From Polyangiaceae bacterium (GTDB taxonomy: Bacteria > Myxococcota_A > Polyangia > Polyangiales > Polyangiaceae): 64,000 bases of DNA. The stretch is from assembly GCA_044376115.1 (NCBI GenBank), contig JBILLK010000020.1, forward strand, positions 64,001 through 128,000. The letters run 5' to 3'. The position numbers and the translations under genes are program-made. The notes beneath the pieces are model-generated. The model saw only the letters and a program-made list of their open reading frames with translations, searched no databases and had not been told where the DNA came from. Positions 36,182 to 46,125 of this stretch are shown piece after piece (the first letter of the stretch is position 1; each line of letters starts with the position of its first letter).

Positions 36182-38137
36182 ATGACCCGACCCACCCGTC
36201 GTCCGCTTAGCTTCCTGCTCACGCTTCTTGCTGCTCCCGCAACCTTGCTCGGCCTGGCTGCTTGTGAGGGTGATGATCCCACTCCGCCGGGAAAGCAGAT
36301 CACAGTCGATCCGCCCAGCAGCCAGAGCACCGTCATCTCCGAGGTGCGTCCCCCGCCGCTGTCGGGTGGAACGCTGCTGGCGACAAAGAATGGCCAGCGA
36401 CTGATCGTGTCGGACCCGGATCGGGATCGCGTGCTCGTCGTGGACGCGGTCGAGCGGTCGGTCGTCGCGGCAATCGCGCTCGAGCCTGGGGATGAGCCCG
36501 GTCGCGCGGTGGAGGATCTCGAGGGTCGCAGCCACATAGCCCTACGTGGCGCTCGCTCGTTGCTGAGCGTCGACAATCTGACGGGCGAGGTCTTGGGGCG
36601 TCGCGAGGTTTGCGCCGCCCCCCGCGGCGTGGCGCTCTCCAGCTTCGACGACAGCGAAGACAGCCTGCTTGTTGCCTGCGCCAGCGGCGAATTGGTCGAG
36701 CTCGGAACTGCTCCTGACGCAGCCATCCAGAGCAGCACCGTGGTGGGTGCGGACCTGCGCGACATCGTGGTCGTCAAAGGCGCGAGTCGCCAGGAGCGCA
36801 AGCTCTTGGTCAGCAGCTTCCGCTCGGCCGAGGTGCTCTCGATTGGCCCCGACATGAAGGTCATCCGCCGGGGAAAACAGGGGAACTACACTCACGACTT
36901 CTCCGCGCGAACTTACTCCCCGACGGTCGCTTGGCGAATGATCCCAGATCCGTCGGGGACTGGCGCGTTGATGCTGCATCAACGGTCGAGCACGACCGAG
37001 GTGGTGATCAACGATCCCGAGGAGCCGAAGGATGAGTCGAGCAGCGTTGGTACGACCAGCGGCGACTGTTTCGACTGCGGCGGGGGATCTGGCAGCGGCT
37101 ACGGTGGGGACATCTTCGATTGCGGTAGCACCATCGTCAACTCGGCGACCACCGGCTTTAGTGATGACGGCGAGCCGATCCATTCGGCGAGCGTTGGTGG
37201 GCTCGGCGGGTTGTTGCTCCCGGTCGATCTTGCGTCCCACCCGAGCGGTTCAGTCGCTGCTTTGGCGGCGGGCGCCGAGACGGTCGTCATCACCACCACA
37301 CAGGGTCTTCAGAGTCACGACGGTTGCACCGACAACTTTGTGGACGGGCTGCAACTTCCGATTGGCCCCGAGCCGATCGCCGTCGCCTTCACGACAGCCG
37401 AGGGAGAGCTCAGCGGCGGCGACTTGGTGGTTCAGCTGCGCGAGCCCTCGACGTTGGTCTTCTACAACGCTGACAACTTCACCTGGAGTGCGACGCTCAA
37501 CCTTGGCGGCCCGAGTCGTGCGGATTCCGGTCACAAGCTTTTCCACCGGAACCCCGAAGCTCCATCGACGATCTCGTGTGCATCGTGTCATCCTGAAGGC
37601 CGAGAAGACGCCCACGCCTGGCTCTTTTCAGGGCTCGGACTGCGCCGCACGCAATCCCTCGAGGGCAACATCATGAACACCGCGCCCTTCCACTGGGACG
37701 GCGACCAAGCCGATCTCGATGAGCTGATGGTCAACGTGTTCCAGCACCGCATGGGTGGGTTCGCCCAATCCGCTGAGCGTGTTGCCGCGCTCAATTCGTG
37801 GCTCGAGACCATGCCTGTGGTTGCAGGTCCCGCGCTCGATGCCGCGGCTGTGGCGCGTGGCAAGGCCCTGTTCGAGAGCAGCTCGACGGAATGCGCAACC
37901 TGCCATGCGGGCGAGCAACTCACGCGCAGCGGCGCCTTCGACGTCGGGACAGGAAAGCCGTTCCAAGTTCCGTCGCTGGTCGGCATTCGCAACCGCGCTC
38001 CTTTCATGCATGACGGTTGCGCCGAGACGCTCGCCGATCGCTTCGACGAGAGCTGCGGCGGCGACAAGCACGGCAAGATCGACCAGCTCAGCCAAAGCGA
38101 TATCAACGACTTGGTCACCTACATGCTGAGCCTCTGA
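36182..38137 (+). CDS. Lipoprotein: beta-propeller + di-heme cytochrome c peroxidase/MauG-like domain (paralog 1)
   Basis: LAAC lipobox; SCASCH, RRTQSL, APFHWDG, CATCH, VPSL and APFMHDG. Confidence 0.88.
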   Translation: MTRPTRRPLSFLLTLLAAPATLLGLAACEGDDPTPPGKQITVDPPSSQSTVISEVRPPPLSGGTLLATKNGQRLIVSDPDRDRVLVVDAVERSVVAAIALEPGDEPGRAVEDLEGRSHIALRGARSLLSVDNLTGEVLGRREVCAAPRGVALSSFDDSEDSLLVACASGELVELGTAPDAAIQSSTVVGADLRDIVVVKGASRQERKLLVSSFRSAEVLSIGPDMKVIRRGKQGNYTHDFSARTYSPTVAWRMIPDPSGTGALMLHQRSSTTEVVINDPEEPKDESSSVGTTSGDCFDCGGGSGSGYGGDIFDCGSTIVNSATTGFSDDGEPIHSASVGGLGGLLLPVDLASHPSGSVAALAAGAETVVITTTQGLQSHDGCTDNFVDGLQLPIGPEPIAVAFTTAEGELSGGDLVVQLREPSTLVFYNADNFTWSATLNLGGPSRADSGHKLFHRNPEAPSTISCASCHPEGREDAHAWLFSGLGLRRTQSLEGNIMNTAPFHWDGDQADLDELMVNVFQHRMGGFAQSAERVAALNSWLETMPVVAGPALDAAAVARGKALFESSSTECATCHAGEQLTRSGAFDVGTGKPFQVPSLVGIRNRAPFMHDGCAETLADRFDESCGGDKHGKIDQLSQSDINDLVTYMLSL

Positions 38138-38305
38138 GGCGCGCCAGCCCGACGAGTCCCAAGCAGCTTTCCTCGACTGCCTGATCGCTCGGGCAGCAAC
38201 CGACCCAAGACCTCCTCACAAGGGAGGTCTTGCGCATTTCCAAGCCCGTCGGAATCGTGCGCTAACAGCCCGGCGCCTCTTCCCAAACGCCCTGATGGAG
38301 CGACA

Positions 38306-40159
38306 ATGACGCCTATGCGAAAGCTTACCCCCTTATTTCTCTTAGTTCCCTCTCTGCTTAGCTCCGCCTGTGAAGGTGATGACACGGTTGCGCCGCCGCC
38401 CACTGACGAGGTCGTGGTGGACTCGCCGAGCGCGCAGTCTGTCCACACATCGAAGGTGCGTCCCCCGGCGATCTCGGGCGGCACGCTCGTCGTGTCGGCT
38501 GATGCAACGCGCGCCGTCGTCTCGGATCCGGACCGCGATCGAATCGTGATCGTCGACCTCAGCAACGACACCGTCATCAAAACCATCGACGTCGAGCCCG
38601 GTCAAGAACCCGGTCGCGCTGTGATCGACAACGCAGGTCGCGCTCACGTTGCCCTGCGCAATAGCAACCAGCTGCTAACGGTGAACATCGCCAATGGCGA
38701 AGTGGAAGGCCGGTTCACGGTCTGCAGCTCCCCTCGCGGGATCGCCGCCTTCCAGGCGATCGAGAACCCCGCCGATGCGTCGCTCGTCATCGCCTGCGCG
38801 ACGGGTGAAGTGGTTGAGCTCGATGCAGCGACGGGTGAACCGATCGCGCGCGCCGAGTTCGCACCCGACCTGCGAGACGTCGTGATCGCCGGTCCGGGAA
38901 CGCGCGCTGGCCGCCGAGTGTTTGTCTCCAGCTTCCGCTCCGCTGACGTCCTTACGCTCAACACCGATCTGGAACTCGAGAACAGCTCACGGCCAGGCGG
39001 ATATGTGCACTCGGGGTCGCAGCGTGCCTTCGTCTCCAACGTCGCTTGGAGAATGGTACCGGCCTCAGGCGGCGCACTGATGGTGCACCAGCGCTCGGCC
39101 ACCGTGCCGATCGGGGACGCCAATCAACAAGTACCGCAGCAGTACTACGCTTCGGTTGATTGCGGTTCCAGCGTGGTCCACGGCGCCGCCACCCAGTTCG
39201 ACAGCCTGGGCAACGCGGTGCCCGGAAGCCGCGGCGTAGGGCTCGCGGTGCTGCCGGTAGACATCGCCGTTTCAGAAGATAAGGGAGTGTTTGCCTACGT
39301 TGCTGCAGCGAGCGGGTTCGTGGAGATTACGTCCCTTCCAACCGAGGGGGCTCAGCCGCCCGATCCGTGTGAGGGCGGACTATCGAGCATACGCATCAAC
39401 GCGGGGCCGGAACCCATCGCGGTGGCCTTTGCAGGTGAGGACGTGATCGTTCAAACGCGAGAACCCTCGACGCTTCTCCGGTACTCGCTCCTTTCGATGA
39501 CCCAAGAGGCCATGGTGGGACTCGGCGGTGATAGCCGCCGAGACACCGGGCATCAGATGTTCCATTCAAACCCTGATGGCGCGGTCACCATCTCCTGCGC
39601 CTCCTGCCACCCGGAGGGCGGTGATGACGGCCACGTTTGGCAATTCACCGACATCGGTTTGCGTCGCACGCAAACGCTGCAAGGCGACATCACGCAGACG
39701 GCGCCCTTCCATTGGGACGGTGATTTGACCGATCTCAACCACCTGATGTCGAAGGTGTTCGTTGAGCGAATGGGTGGAATGGAACAGTCGGAGGATCGTG
39801 TTGAGGCGCTCACCGACTGGCTGAGCGGCGTCCCGGCTATCCCGGGGCGTGAGAGTGTCGATGTTGACGCAGTTGCGCGCGGCAAAGCCATCTACGAGAA
39901 CGACAAGGCGGCTTGCGCGAGCTGTCATGGCGGAGCTCAGCTGACCAACTCGGAGACCGTGGACGTCGGGACGGGCAGAGCCTTCCAGGTGCCTTCGCTC
40001 AAAGGCATCCGAAACCGTGCGCCGTTCATGCATGACGGCTGTGCGCCCACCTTGCTCGACCGCTTCGAGCCAAGCTGCGGCGGCACGAACCACGGAGATC
40101 TGTCTGGCTTGACCGACGCGGATCTCGCAGATCTCGTCGCCTATCTCGACACGCTCTGA
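38306..40159 (+). CDS. Lipoprotein: beta-propeller + di-heme cytochrome c peroxidase/MauG-like domain (paralog 2)
   Basis: SSAC lipobox; SCASCH, APFHWDG, CASCH and APFMHDG; collinear with paralog 1. Confidence 0.88.
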   Translation: MTPMRKLTPLFLLVPSLLSSACEGDDTVAPPPTDEVVVDSPSAQSVHTSKVRPPAISGGTLVVSADATRAVVSDPDRDRIVIVDLSNDTVIKTIDVEPGQEPGRAVIDNAGRAHVALRNSNQLLTVNIANGEVEGRFTVCSSPRGIAAFQAIENPADASLVIACATGEVVELDAATGEPIARAEFAPDLRDVVIAGPGTRAGRRVFVSSFRSADVLTLNTDLELENSSRPGGYVHSGSQRAFVSNVAWRMVPASGGALMVHQRSATVPIGDANQQVPQQYYASVDCGSSVVHGAATQFDSLGNAVPGSRGVGLAVLPVDIAVSEDKGVFAYVAAASGFVEITSLPTEGAQPPDPCEGGLSSIRINAGPEPIAVAFAGEDVIVQTREPSTLLRYSLLSMTQEAMVGLGGDSRRDTGHQMFHSNPDGAVTISCASCHPEGGDDGHVWQFTDIGLRRTQTLQGDITQTAPFHWDGDLTDLNHLMSKVFVERMGGMEQSEDRVEALTDWLSGVPAIPGRESVDVDAVARGKAIYENDKAACASCHGGAQLTNSETVDVGTGRAFQVPSLKGIRNRAPFMHDGCAPTLLDRFEPSCGGTNHGDLSGLTDADLADLVAYLDTL

Positions 40160-40204
40160 GCTCTGCAGCGCTCCGCAGTAGACCCTCCGTCCGCTGCGTA
40201 CCTT

Positions 40205-40242
40205 GGGCCTCTCACCCTTCGGGCGAGAGGCCCTTCTTCGTT
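40205..40242 (+). terminator. Terminator-like hairpin between convergent genes
   Basis: gggcctctc-acc-cttcgg-gc-gagaggccc with a cUUCGg loop, followed by ttcttcgtt. Confidence 0.65.
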
Positions 40243-40274
40243 GCTTCTTCGTTGGGCCAGGAGCGACGAAACCC

Positions 40275-41294
40275 TCAGCGGCCGTGCAGCCCCGAAAGTT
40301 CCGCTGGGGAGAAGCAACCGCGATCGGTGATCAGCCGGGTAACGAGCCGAGCCGGCGTCACATCGAAGGCTGGATTGGCGACCGTAACGAACGGAAGCTC
40401 ACTCACTTCGGCTGCGGACCGCTCTTCGATCGGGATGTCGTCGCCCGTCTCGATCGAAAGATCGACGGTGGACCAAGGCAACGCGACATAGAAGGGCAGC
40501 CCACAATCCTGCGCAGCCAACGCCTTCAAATACGTGCCGACCTTGTTGCAGACGTCACCGTTGCGCACGGTGCGGTCGGAGCCGACGATGCACGCGTCCA
40601 CCAACCCGCGCCTCATCAGGAGCCCGCCAGCGTTGTCGACGATCAGGGTGCACGGGATGCCCGCCTGCGTCAGCTCCCAGGCCGTGAGCAGCCCCTGATT
40701 GCGTGGCCGCGTTTCATCGACCCAGACGTGCAGCGGGACGCCGCGCGCGTGCAGCTCGAAGATCGGCGCGAGCGCGGTTCCCCAATCCACCGTCGCGAGC
40801 CAACCTGCATTGCAGTGCGTGAGGATGTTCAGCGCACGGCCCTCGCGCTTGTGGGCCAAGAGCAGCGGCGCCCCATGCTGAGCTATCGCGCGACAGGCGC
40901 TCACGTCGGCCTCGGCCAGCTCCGCCGCTAACTGATAGAGCCGCGCAGCTCGCTGGGGCTGCGGCTCATCACGCCAGACCCGGCGCACCTCCGACAATGC
41001 CCACGCCAAATTCACCGCGGTTGGGCGAGTGGCCTGCAGCAAGGACTCGGCCTCGAGCAAACTTGCATCGGCGCTGGCGACCCGCGCCGCCAGCGCCATA
41101 CCGTACGCCGCGGCTACCCCGATCAAGGGAGCCCCGCGCACCTGCATCGAACGGATCGCGTGCGCCATCTCGGCCACCGTCGTGACCTTGACCTCAACGA
41201 GCTCTCGCGGCAGTTGGGTCTGGTCGATGATGAACACGTCGCCGAGCGAGCGCTCCGGCCAGATCGTCCGCATCGGCTTTCCGGAGACCAGCAC
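40275..41294 (-). CDS. mtnA: S-methyl-5-thioribose-1-phosphate isomerase
   Basis: IIDQT.LP, MQVRGAPLIG, TRPTAVNL, LTHCNAG, DETRP.NQG, NKVGTY and NPAFDVTP. GTG start 41294 sits just after the apt stop. Confidence 0.95.
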   Translation of the reverse strand: MLVSGKPMRTIWPERSLGDVFIIDQTQLPRELVEVKVTTVAEMAHAIRSMQVRGAPLIGVAAAYGMALAARVASADASLLEAESLLQATRPTAVNLAWALSEVRRVWRDEPQPQRAARLYQLAAELAEADVSACRAIAQHGAPLLLAHKREGRALNILTHCNAGWLATVDWGTALAPIFELHARGVPLHVWVDETRPRNQGLLTAWELTQAGIPCTLIVDNAGGLLMRRGLVDACIVGSDRTVRNGDVCNKVGTYLKALAAQDCGLPFYVALPWSTVDLSIETGDDIPIEERSAAEVSELPFVTVANPAFDVTPARLVTRLITDRGCFSPAELSGLHGR

Positions 41295-41295
41295 C

Positions 41296-41826
41296 TCAGT
41301 GCCCCGGATAGCTGAGCAAAGAGAACGGTGTGCAACCTCGTTCTTCAACGAGCTTGGCCCCACCTAAGTCGGGAAGGTCGATGACGAAGGCGGCCTCCAC
41401 GACCTCAGCGCGAACGCGCGATAGCAGCTCGAGCGCCGCCAGGGCCGTCCCTCCGGTCGCGATCAGATCGTCCACCAAGAGTACGCGCTCGCCGGCTTCA
41501 ATCGCGCCGACATGAAGCTCGATCCGGTCGGTGCCGTACTCCAGCGCGTAGTCCTGCCCGATCACCTCTCCCGGTAGCTTGCCGCGTTTACGAAGCGGGA
41601 CGAAGCCGGCGCCAAGCGCTACCGCGAGCGCGCCGCCAAGGATGAAGCCGCGGGCCTCGATACCGACCACGCGATCGATACCGTGCGTCGCGTAGCGCTC
41701 GACGAAGGCCTCGATCGTCAGCCGAAGACCCTGCTTGTCGCGCAGCAACGTGGTCACGTCGCGAAACAGGATCCCGGGCTTGGGGAAGTCCGGAATGGTT
41801 CGAACCAGGCGTTCAAGCTCCTTCAC
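41296..41826 (-). CDS. apt: Adenine phosphoribosyltransferase
   Basis: IPDFPKPGILFRD, GIEARGF, RKRGKLP, YALEYG and VDDLIATGGT. Confidence 0.97.
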   Translation of the reverse strand: MKELERLVRTIPDFPKPGILFRDVTTLLRDKQGLRLTIEAFVERYATHGIDRVVGIEARGFILGGALAVALGAGFVPLRKRGKLPGEVIGQDYALEYGTDRIELHVGAIEAGERVLLVDDLIATGGTALAALELLSRVRAEVVEAAFVIDLPDLGGAKLVEERGCTPFSLLSYPGH

Positions 41827-42701
41827 GCGCTCTCCTTGGCCAAAAACCGCCGCACAATCGCCTCATTTCTACGCAGCATCTCGGGCGCGCGCGCGGCCTT
41901 TGCGGTCATGATCGCCGAGTCGAGCGCGTGGTCGCAGCCGTGCGGGCAACCGCCCGCAGCTCGCAGCTGAGCGAGCCTCGGAACCACTTGGCGCACGAGC
42001 TCACGCGCGCGAGCGCCGTTCTGATTCAAGACCGCGATCACGTCGGCCACCGTGACGTGGCCGTGCTCCGGGTGCCAACAATCGAAGTCGGTCACCATCG
42101 CCAGCGTCGCGTAACAAATCTCCGCTTCGCGCGCGAGCTTTGCCTCCGGCATATTGGTCATGCCGATCACGTCACAGCCCCATTGCCGGTACAGCTTCGA
42201 TTCAGCGACGCTCGAGAACTGAGGGCCCTCCATCGCCAAGTAGACGCCACCGCGTACGACGCCCGCGTCGGAGCTGGCTAGCGCCTCGGAAACGCGAGCA
42301 CACACGGGGTGCGCCATTGAAATGTGGGCCACGAGCCCGCTGCCGAAGAAGCTCTTTTTCCGATCGATCGTGCGATCGATGAACTGATCCACGGCCACGA
42401 AAGTCCCCGGCGGCAGCTGCTCTCGTAGCGAACCGACGGCCGACAGCGACACGATGTCGGTAACGCCCAGGCGCTTGAGTACGTCGATATTGGCCCGGTA
42501 GTTCACCTCGTTGGGCGGCACGCGGTGGCCGCGACCATGACGCGGCAAGAACGCTACCTCCACCCCCGCAAGCACGCCGACACAGACAGCGTCGGAGGCC
42601 TCGCCAAACGGTGATTCCACCGTACGCCACTCTGCCCCTTCGAGCCCGTCCACTTGGTAGATGCCGCTACCGCCGATAACGCCAATCACGCCCGGCACCA
42701 T
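41823..42701 (-). CDS. mtnP: S-methyl-5'-thioadenosine phosphorylase
   Basis: GVIGGSG, RHGRGH, NYRANI, DQFIDRT, EGPQFSS.AES, GMTNMPEAKLAREAE and VTDFDCW. Confidence 0.95.
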   Translation of the reverse strand: MVPGVIGVIGGSGIYQVDGLEGAEWRTVESPFGEASDAVCVGVLAGVEVAFLPRHGRGHRVPPNEVNYRANIDVLKRLGVTDIVSLSAVGSLREQLPPGTFVAVDQFIDRTIDRKKSFFGSGLVAHISMAHPVCARVSEALASSDAGVVRGGVYLAMEGPQFSSVAESKLYRQWGCDVIGMTNMPEAKLAREAEICYATLAMVTDFDCWHPEHGHVTVADVIAVLNQNGARARELVRQVVPRLAQLRAAGGCPHGCDHALDSAIMTAKAARAPEMLRRNEAIVRRFLAKESA

Positions 42702-42795
42702 AGCGCGAACCCCGCCACAGATTGGCCACAAAACCTCCTTCAAACCCGCCGGCTAGCTCCCGGTATTGGCCACAACCCAAGGCCATGCTCCCGGC

Positions 42796-44046
42796 ATGCA
42801 ACGTCCTCTTCGTGTGCTCGCGATCGCTATGATCTATGGGGCAGTCTCGCTCGCTTGGCTGTTCTTGGGCGGGGTCACCGCACACCGCTCTAACACCATC
42901 GACCCTGGCGAACGCCAAGAGGTCGAAGGCCTTTGGGGAGGTGCCCATAGGCAACAGCCACCCATCATCAAGACGCGGGTGCAGCCAACCAAGAACGGTG
43001 AACCCCTGACGCCCGACGCGGTAGCGTTCGACCCGGCGAGCAGCCAAATCAACGTCGATATTGCGCTGGACCAGCGCCTCAAAGGCCTACGTTGGTTCGC
43101 CCTGTACGACGTCACCTTTGATGGCACCTGGGACCTCGAGGTCGAGGGGGATGGGCCGTACGACCTGCAGTTCGCACTGCCGAGTAGCTCAGCGATCTAT
43201 GACGACTTCCGCCTCAGCATCGACGGCGAGGAGCTCGCAGTCGCACCGCAGAACGGCCAGATCGTAGTACCGCTCCCCAATGGCCTTCGCGACGTGCAAG
43301 TAGGCCTGCACTACAAGAGTCGTGGGCTCGACCATTGGCAGTACGTGCAGAGCTCTGGCGGAGGCGCACTTCGCGACTTCAGCTTGCGCATGACCACCAA
43401 CTTCGACGCGATCGAATTCCCTGAGGAGGCGTTATCACCCTCATCGCGAACCGAGGGCGCTAACGGCGCAACGCTCGAGTGGAAGTTCTCCAACATCATC
43501 ACCAACCGCGGCATCGGCATGGTGATGCCGCAACGAATTCAACCTGGCGAGCTCGCCGCAAAGCTTGCGTTCACGGCTCCGCTATCGCTGTTCTTCTTCT
43601 TCTTGGTGATCGCCATCTTGGCGAAGCTGGAGAAGCTCGACGTTCACCCGATCAACTACATGTTCTTGGCGGCGTCCTTCTTCAGCTTTCATTTGTTGTT
43701 TGCCTACACAGTCGACCTCTTACCGCTGGGACCCGCGTTTGCTCTGGCGAGCATCGTTAGCGTCGGCATGGTGACCACGTACTTGCGTTTGGTGGTCTCT
43801 GCGCGCTTCGGCTTCCTCAAGGCTGGGCTGGCACAACTGCTCTACCTGGTAGGCTTTTCGGCCGCGCACTTCCTCGACGGGCTGACTGGGCTCACGGTAA
43901 CCGTGCTCTCGATCGCCACGCTCTTCGGCATGATGCTGCTCACGGGCCGGATCAAATGGTCGGAAGTGCTCACCAAAAGCGAGCCAACCAAAGCCGACCA
44001 AGGCCCCTATCGGACGCGAACCGAAGTGAGTCCGGAGCCGGGGTGA
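42796..44046 (+). CDS. CreD-like inner membrane protein
   Basis: N-terminal TM, WGG..Q.PP, periplasmic beta domain, HPINY motif and about six C-terminal TMs. Confidence 0.72.
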   Translation: MQRPLRVLAIAMIYGAVSLAWLFLGGVTAHRSNTIDPGERQEVEGLWGGAHRQQPPIIKTRVQPTKNGEPLTPDAVAFDPASSQINVDIALDQRLKGLRWFALYDVTFDGTWDLEVEGDGPYDLQFALPSSSAIYDDFRLSIDGEELAVAPQNGQIVVPLPNGLRDVQVGLHYKSRGLDHWQYVQSSGGGALRDFSLRMTTNFDAIEFPEEALSPSSRTEGANGATLEWKFSNIITNRGIGMVMPQRIQPGELAAKLAFTAPLSLFFFFLVIAILAKLEKLDVHPINYMFLAASFFSFHLLFAYTVDLLPLGPAFALASIVSVGMVTTYLRLVVSARFGFLKAGLAQLLYLVGFSAAHFLDGLTGLTVTVLSIATLFGMMLLTGRIKWSEVLTKSEPTKADQGPYRTRTEVSPEPG

Positions 44047-44063
44047 GACGGATAAGGGCGTGG

Positions 44064-45074
44064 CTAACCGATGACTTCGGTCGAAGGCTCAGGCTGCAAC
44101 CGGGCCAGCTTTCGATCGACGAAGCGGCTACAAACCACGCCGAGGAGGATGGCGGCCAAGGTGATCGAAACAGCCCAGCCCGTGCTCGCAGCAGCCAAGC
44201 TGCCGATTCGCTCGGGCTCGGTTGCACCTGGTGCGTAGGCCGCGAAGAAGGTCGCTGAAGCTGCCTCACGAGCGCCAAATCCTTGCGGGGTGATCGGCAG
44301 CGTCACCACCACCAGCAGGATTGGAAGGTAAACCAGCGCCGTCCCAAGCGGGATTCGAATGCCAAATATACGAAAGGAGATCCAGGTACCAAGGACCAAC
44401 ACCGCAAGGTGCGGCAAGCGACCGACCAACGCTCGCATATGGCCGCCGAAACCAGCCTCGAACAACGGCTTGAGCAACGTCACTCCACGAAGAAATCGAG
44501 GCGGCTTCGAAACAACCACCAGATAGAGGCCACCGCACACCAACACCAACGGAATGAAGCCAAGCGGCAGATCGGTGAAGGGCAGCGCGATCGTCATGCA
44601 GCCCACGAGACACCCCATCCAGGTGGCGTAGGAGACGAGCGTGGTGCCCGCCATACGCGCCAACGGGATCTTCAGTAGGCGGGCCTGCAGGTAGGTCATG
44701 TAGGCCTGGCCGAGATGATGGTTGATCATCCCAGGGAGATAGGAGGCCCCTCTGAATAGGTAGAAGTCGATGTAGCTGGCCTGCGGCATCGTGCGTCGAT
44801 ACGCAACGAAGTTGCCGAACGCGTCTGCAGCCAATAGCACCGTTTGCCACAGCATCGCAAAGCCGAGCAACGCCACCGGATCCACCTTCGCCAACGTGTC
44901 GAAAAAGGCATCGAAGTCGAGCTTGCGCGCCAATAGCCAGAGCAGGAACGCAGCCACGACGAAGGGCAAAGCACTGCGCAAGGGCGAGAGCTTGGGACGC
45001 ACCATCCCCGGCTCAACCAGCGTCGAGGTGCGCTCGCCAATTGGCGAGATCGTGGGCTCAGGCTCCTCGTTCAT
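44064..45074 (-). CDS. Lysylphosphatidylglycerol synthase TM (flippase-like) domain protein
   Basis: Multi-TM protein with LPITPQGFGARE. Confidence 0.75.
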   Translation of the reverse strand: MNEEPEPTISPIGERTSTLVEPGMVRPKLSPLRSALPFVVAAFLLWLLARKLDFDAFFDTLAKVDPVALLGFAMLWQTVLLAADAFGNFVAYRRTMPQASYIDFYLFRGASYLPGMINHHLGQAYMTYLQARLLKIPLARMAGTTLVSYATWMGCLVGCMTIALPFTDLPLGFIPLVLVCGGLYLVVVSKPPRFLRGVTLLKPLFEAGFGGHMRALVGRLPHLAVLVLGTWISFRIFGIRIPLGTALVYLPILLVVVTLPITPQGFGAREAASATFFAAYAPGATEPERIGSLAAASTGWAVSITLAAILLGVVCSRFVDRKLARLQPEPSTEVIG

Positions 45075-46090
45075 GCGCCCTGACGTTCACGCAGCGCAAA
45101 CGCGCGCGCCTCTTCACGCAGGCCTTGGCTAGCTGTCACACGGGGGGTCCAGCCAAGCAAGCGCGCGGCTTTGGACGAGTCGTAGACCACCTTGCGCGTG
45201 AGGATCTTCACCACGAACGGCGAGAGCACGGGGGCCTTCTCGGGCGCGATCATCCGCTGGGCAAACGCTGCGGCTCTGCCCAAAGCCATCGCAGCCCCGA
45301 ACGGCAGCGTCAGCCGCGGTGGCGGCGCACCCGTCTCCTCGGCGATCAGCTCGGCAACTTGGCGAACAGTCGGCGGAGGGCGATCCACGTTGTCCATCAC
45401 GTTGAACGCCTGGCCGGCTGCAGCCGGCTTCTCAGCGGCGAGCAAGCAGACGTCCACCACATGATCGACCCAGACCACGTTGAGCGGCGCGCTTCCACCG
45501 TCGATCAAAAGGAACCGCTTCGCTCGCAACGAGGTCACGGCCCTGGGCATGAAGTTCTTGTCATACGGCCCGTAGATAATCGGCGGGCGCACCGCTGTTA
45601 CCTCCAGCGCAAGCTCAGCTCCGGTGGCAAAAGCCGTGCGTTCAGCGTCTACCTTGGTGTCGTCGTAAGCGACGCCGCTGTGTTTGGTGGGCCAGGTCTC
45701 ATCCACTTGACCTTCCTCCGGCCGACCGTAAACCGCTGTCGAGGAGAGCTGAACGAACCGGCGAACACCAGCCCGTGCAGCAGCCACCACGGCGCGCCGC
45801 GTACCGCCGACGTTGATGCGCACGAATTGCGATACAGCCCCGACATCCCCGACCTGCGCCGCGAGGTGCAGGCAGGCGTCGGTCCCCTGCGCAAGCTCGG
45901 CGAGTGAGGCTTCATCCTCGAGGTCGCCGCGCACGAGCTCCACGCCGAGTACGGCGAGCCTCTTTGCATCGGCGCGACTCGGATCACGCACCAACCCACG
46001 CACAGCGAGCCCCCGCGACAGCGCCACCTCGGCGAGCCGGAGGCCTACCCCGCTCGTGATTCCCGTCACTGAAATGCGCGCCAACGCCAT
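45071..46090 (-). CDS. NAD-dependent epimerase/dehydratase (extended SDR)
   Basis: VTGITSGVG, HLAA, INVGGT, SSTAVYG, YDDTK and RPPIIYGP. Confidence 0.9.
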   Translation of the reverse strand: MALARISVTGITSGVGLRLAEVALSRGLAVRGLVRDPSRADAKRLAVLGVELVRGDLEDEASLAELAQGTDACLHLAAQVGDVGAVSQFVRINVGGTRRAVVAAARAGVRRFVQLSSTAVYGRPEEGQVDETWPTKHSGVAYDDTKVDAERTAFATGAELALEVTAVRPPIIYGPYDKNFMPRAVTSLRAKRFLLIDGGSAPLNVVWVDHVVDVCLLAAEKPAAAGQAFNVMDNVDRPPPTVRQVAELIAEETGAPPPRLTLPFGAAMALGRAAAFAQRMIAPEKAPVLSPFVVKILTRKVVYDSSKAARLLGWTPRVTASQGLREEARAFALRERQGA

Positions 46091-46125
46091 GCTGGCGCTT
46101 ATAGCTCAGCAGGCGCCGTGAGCGC

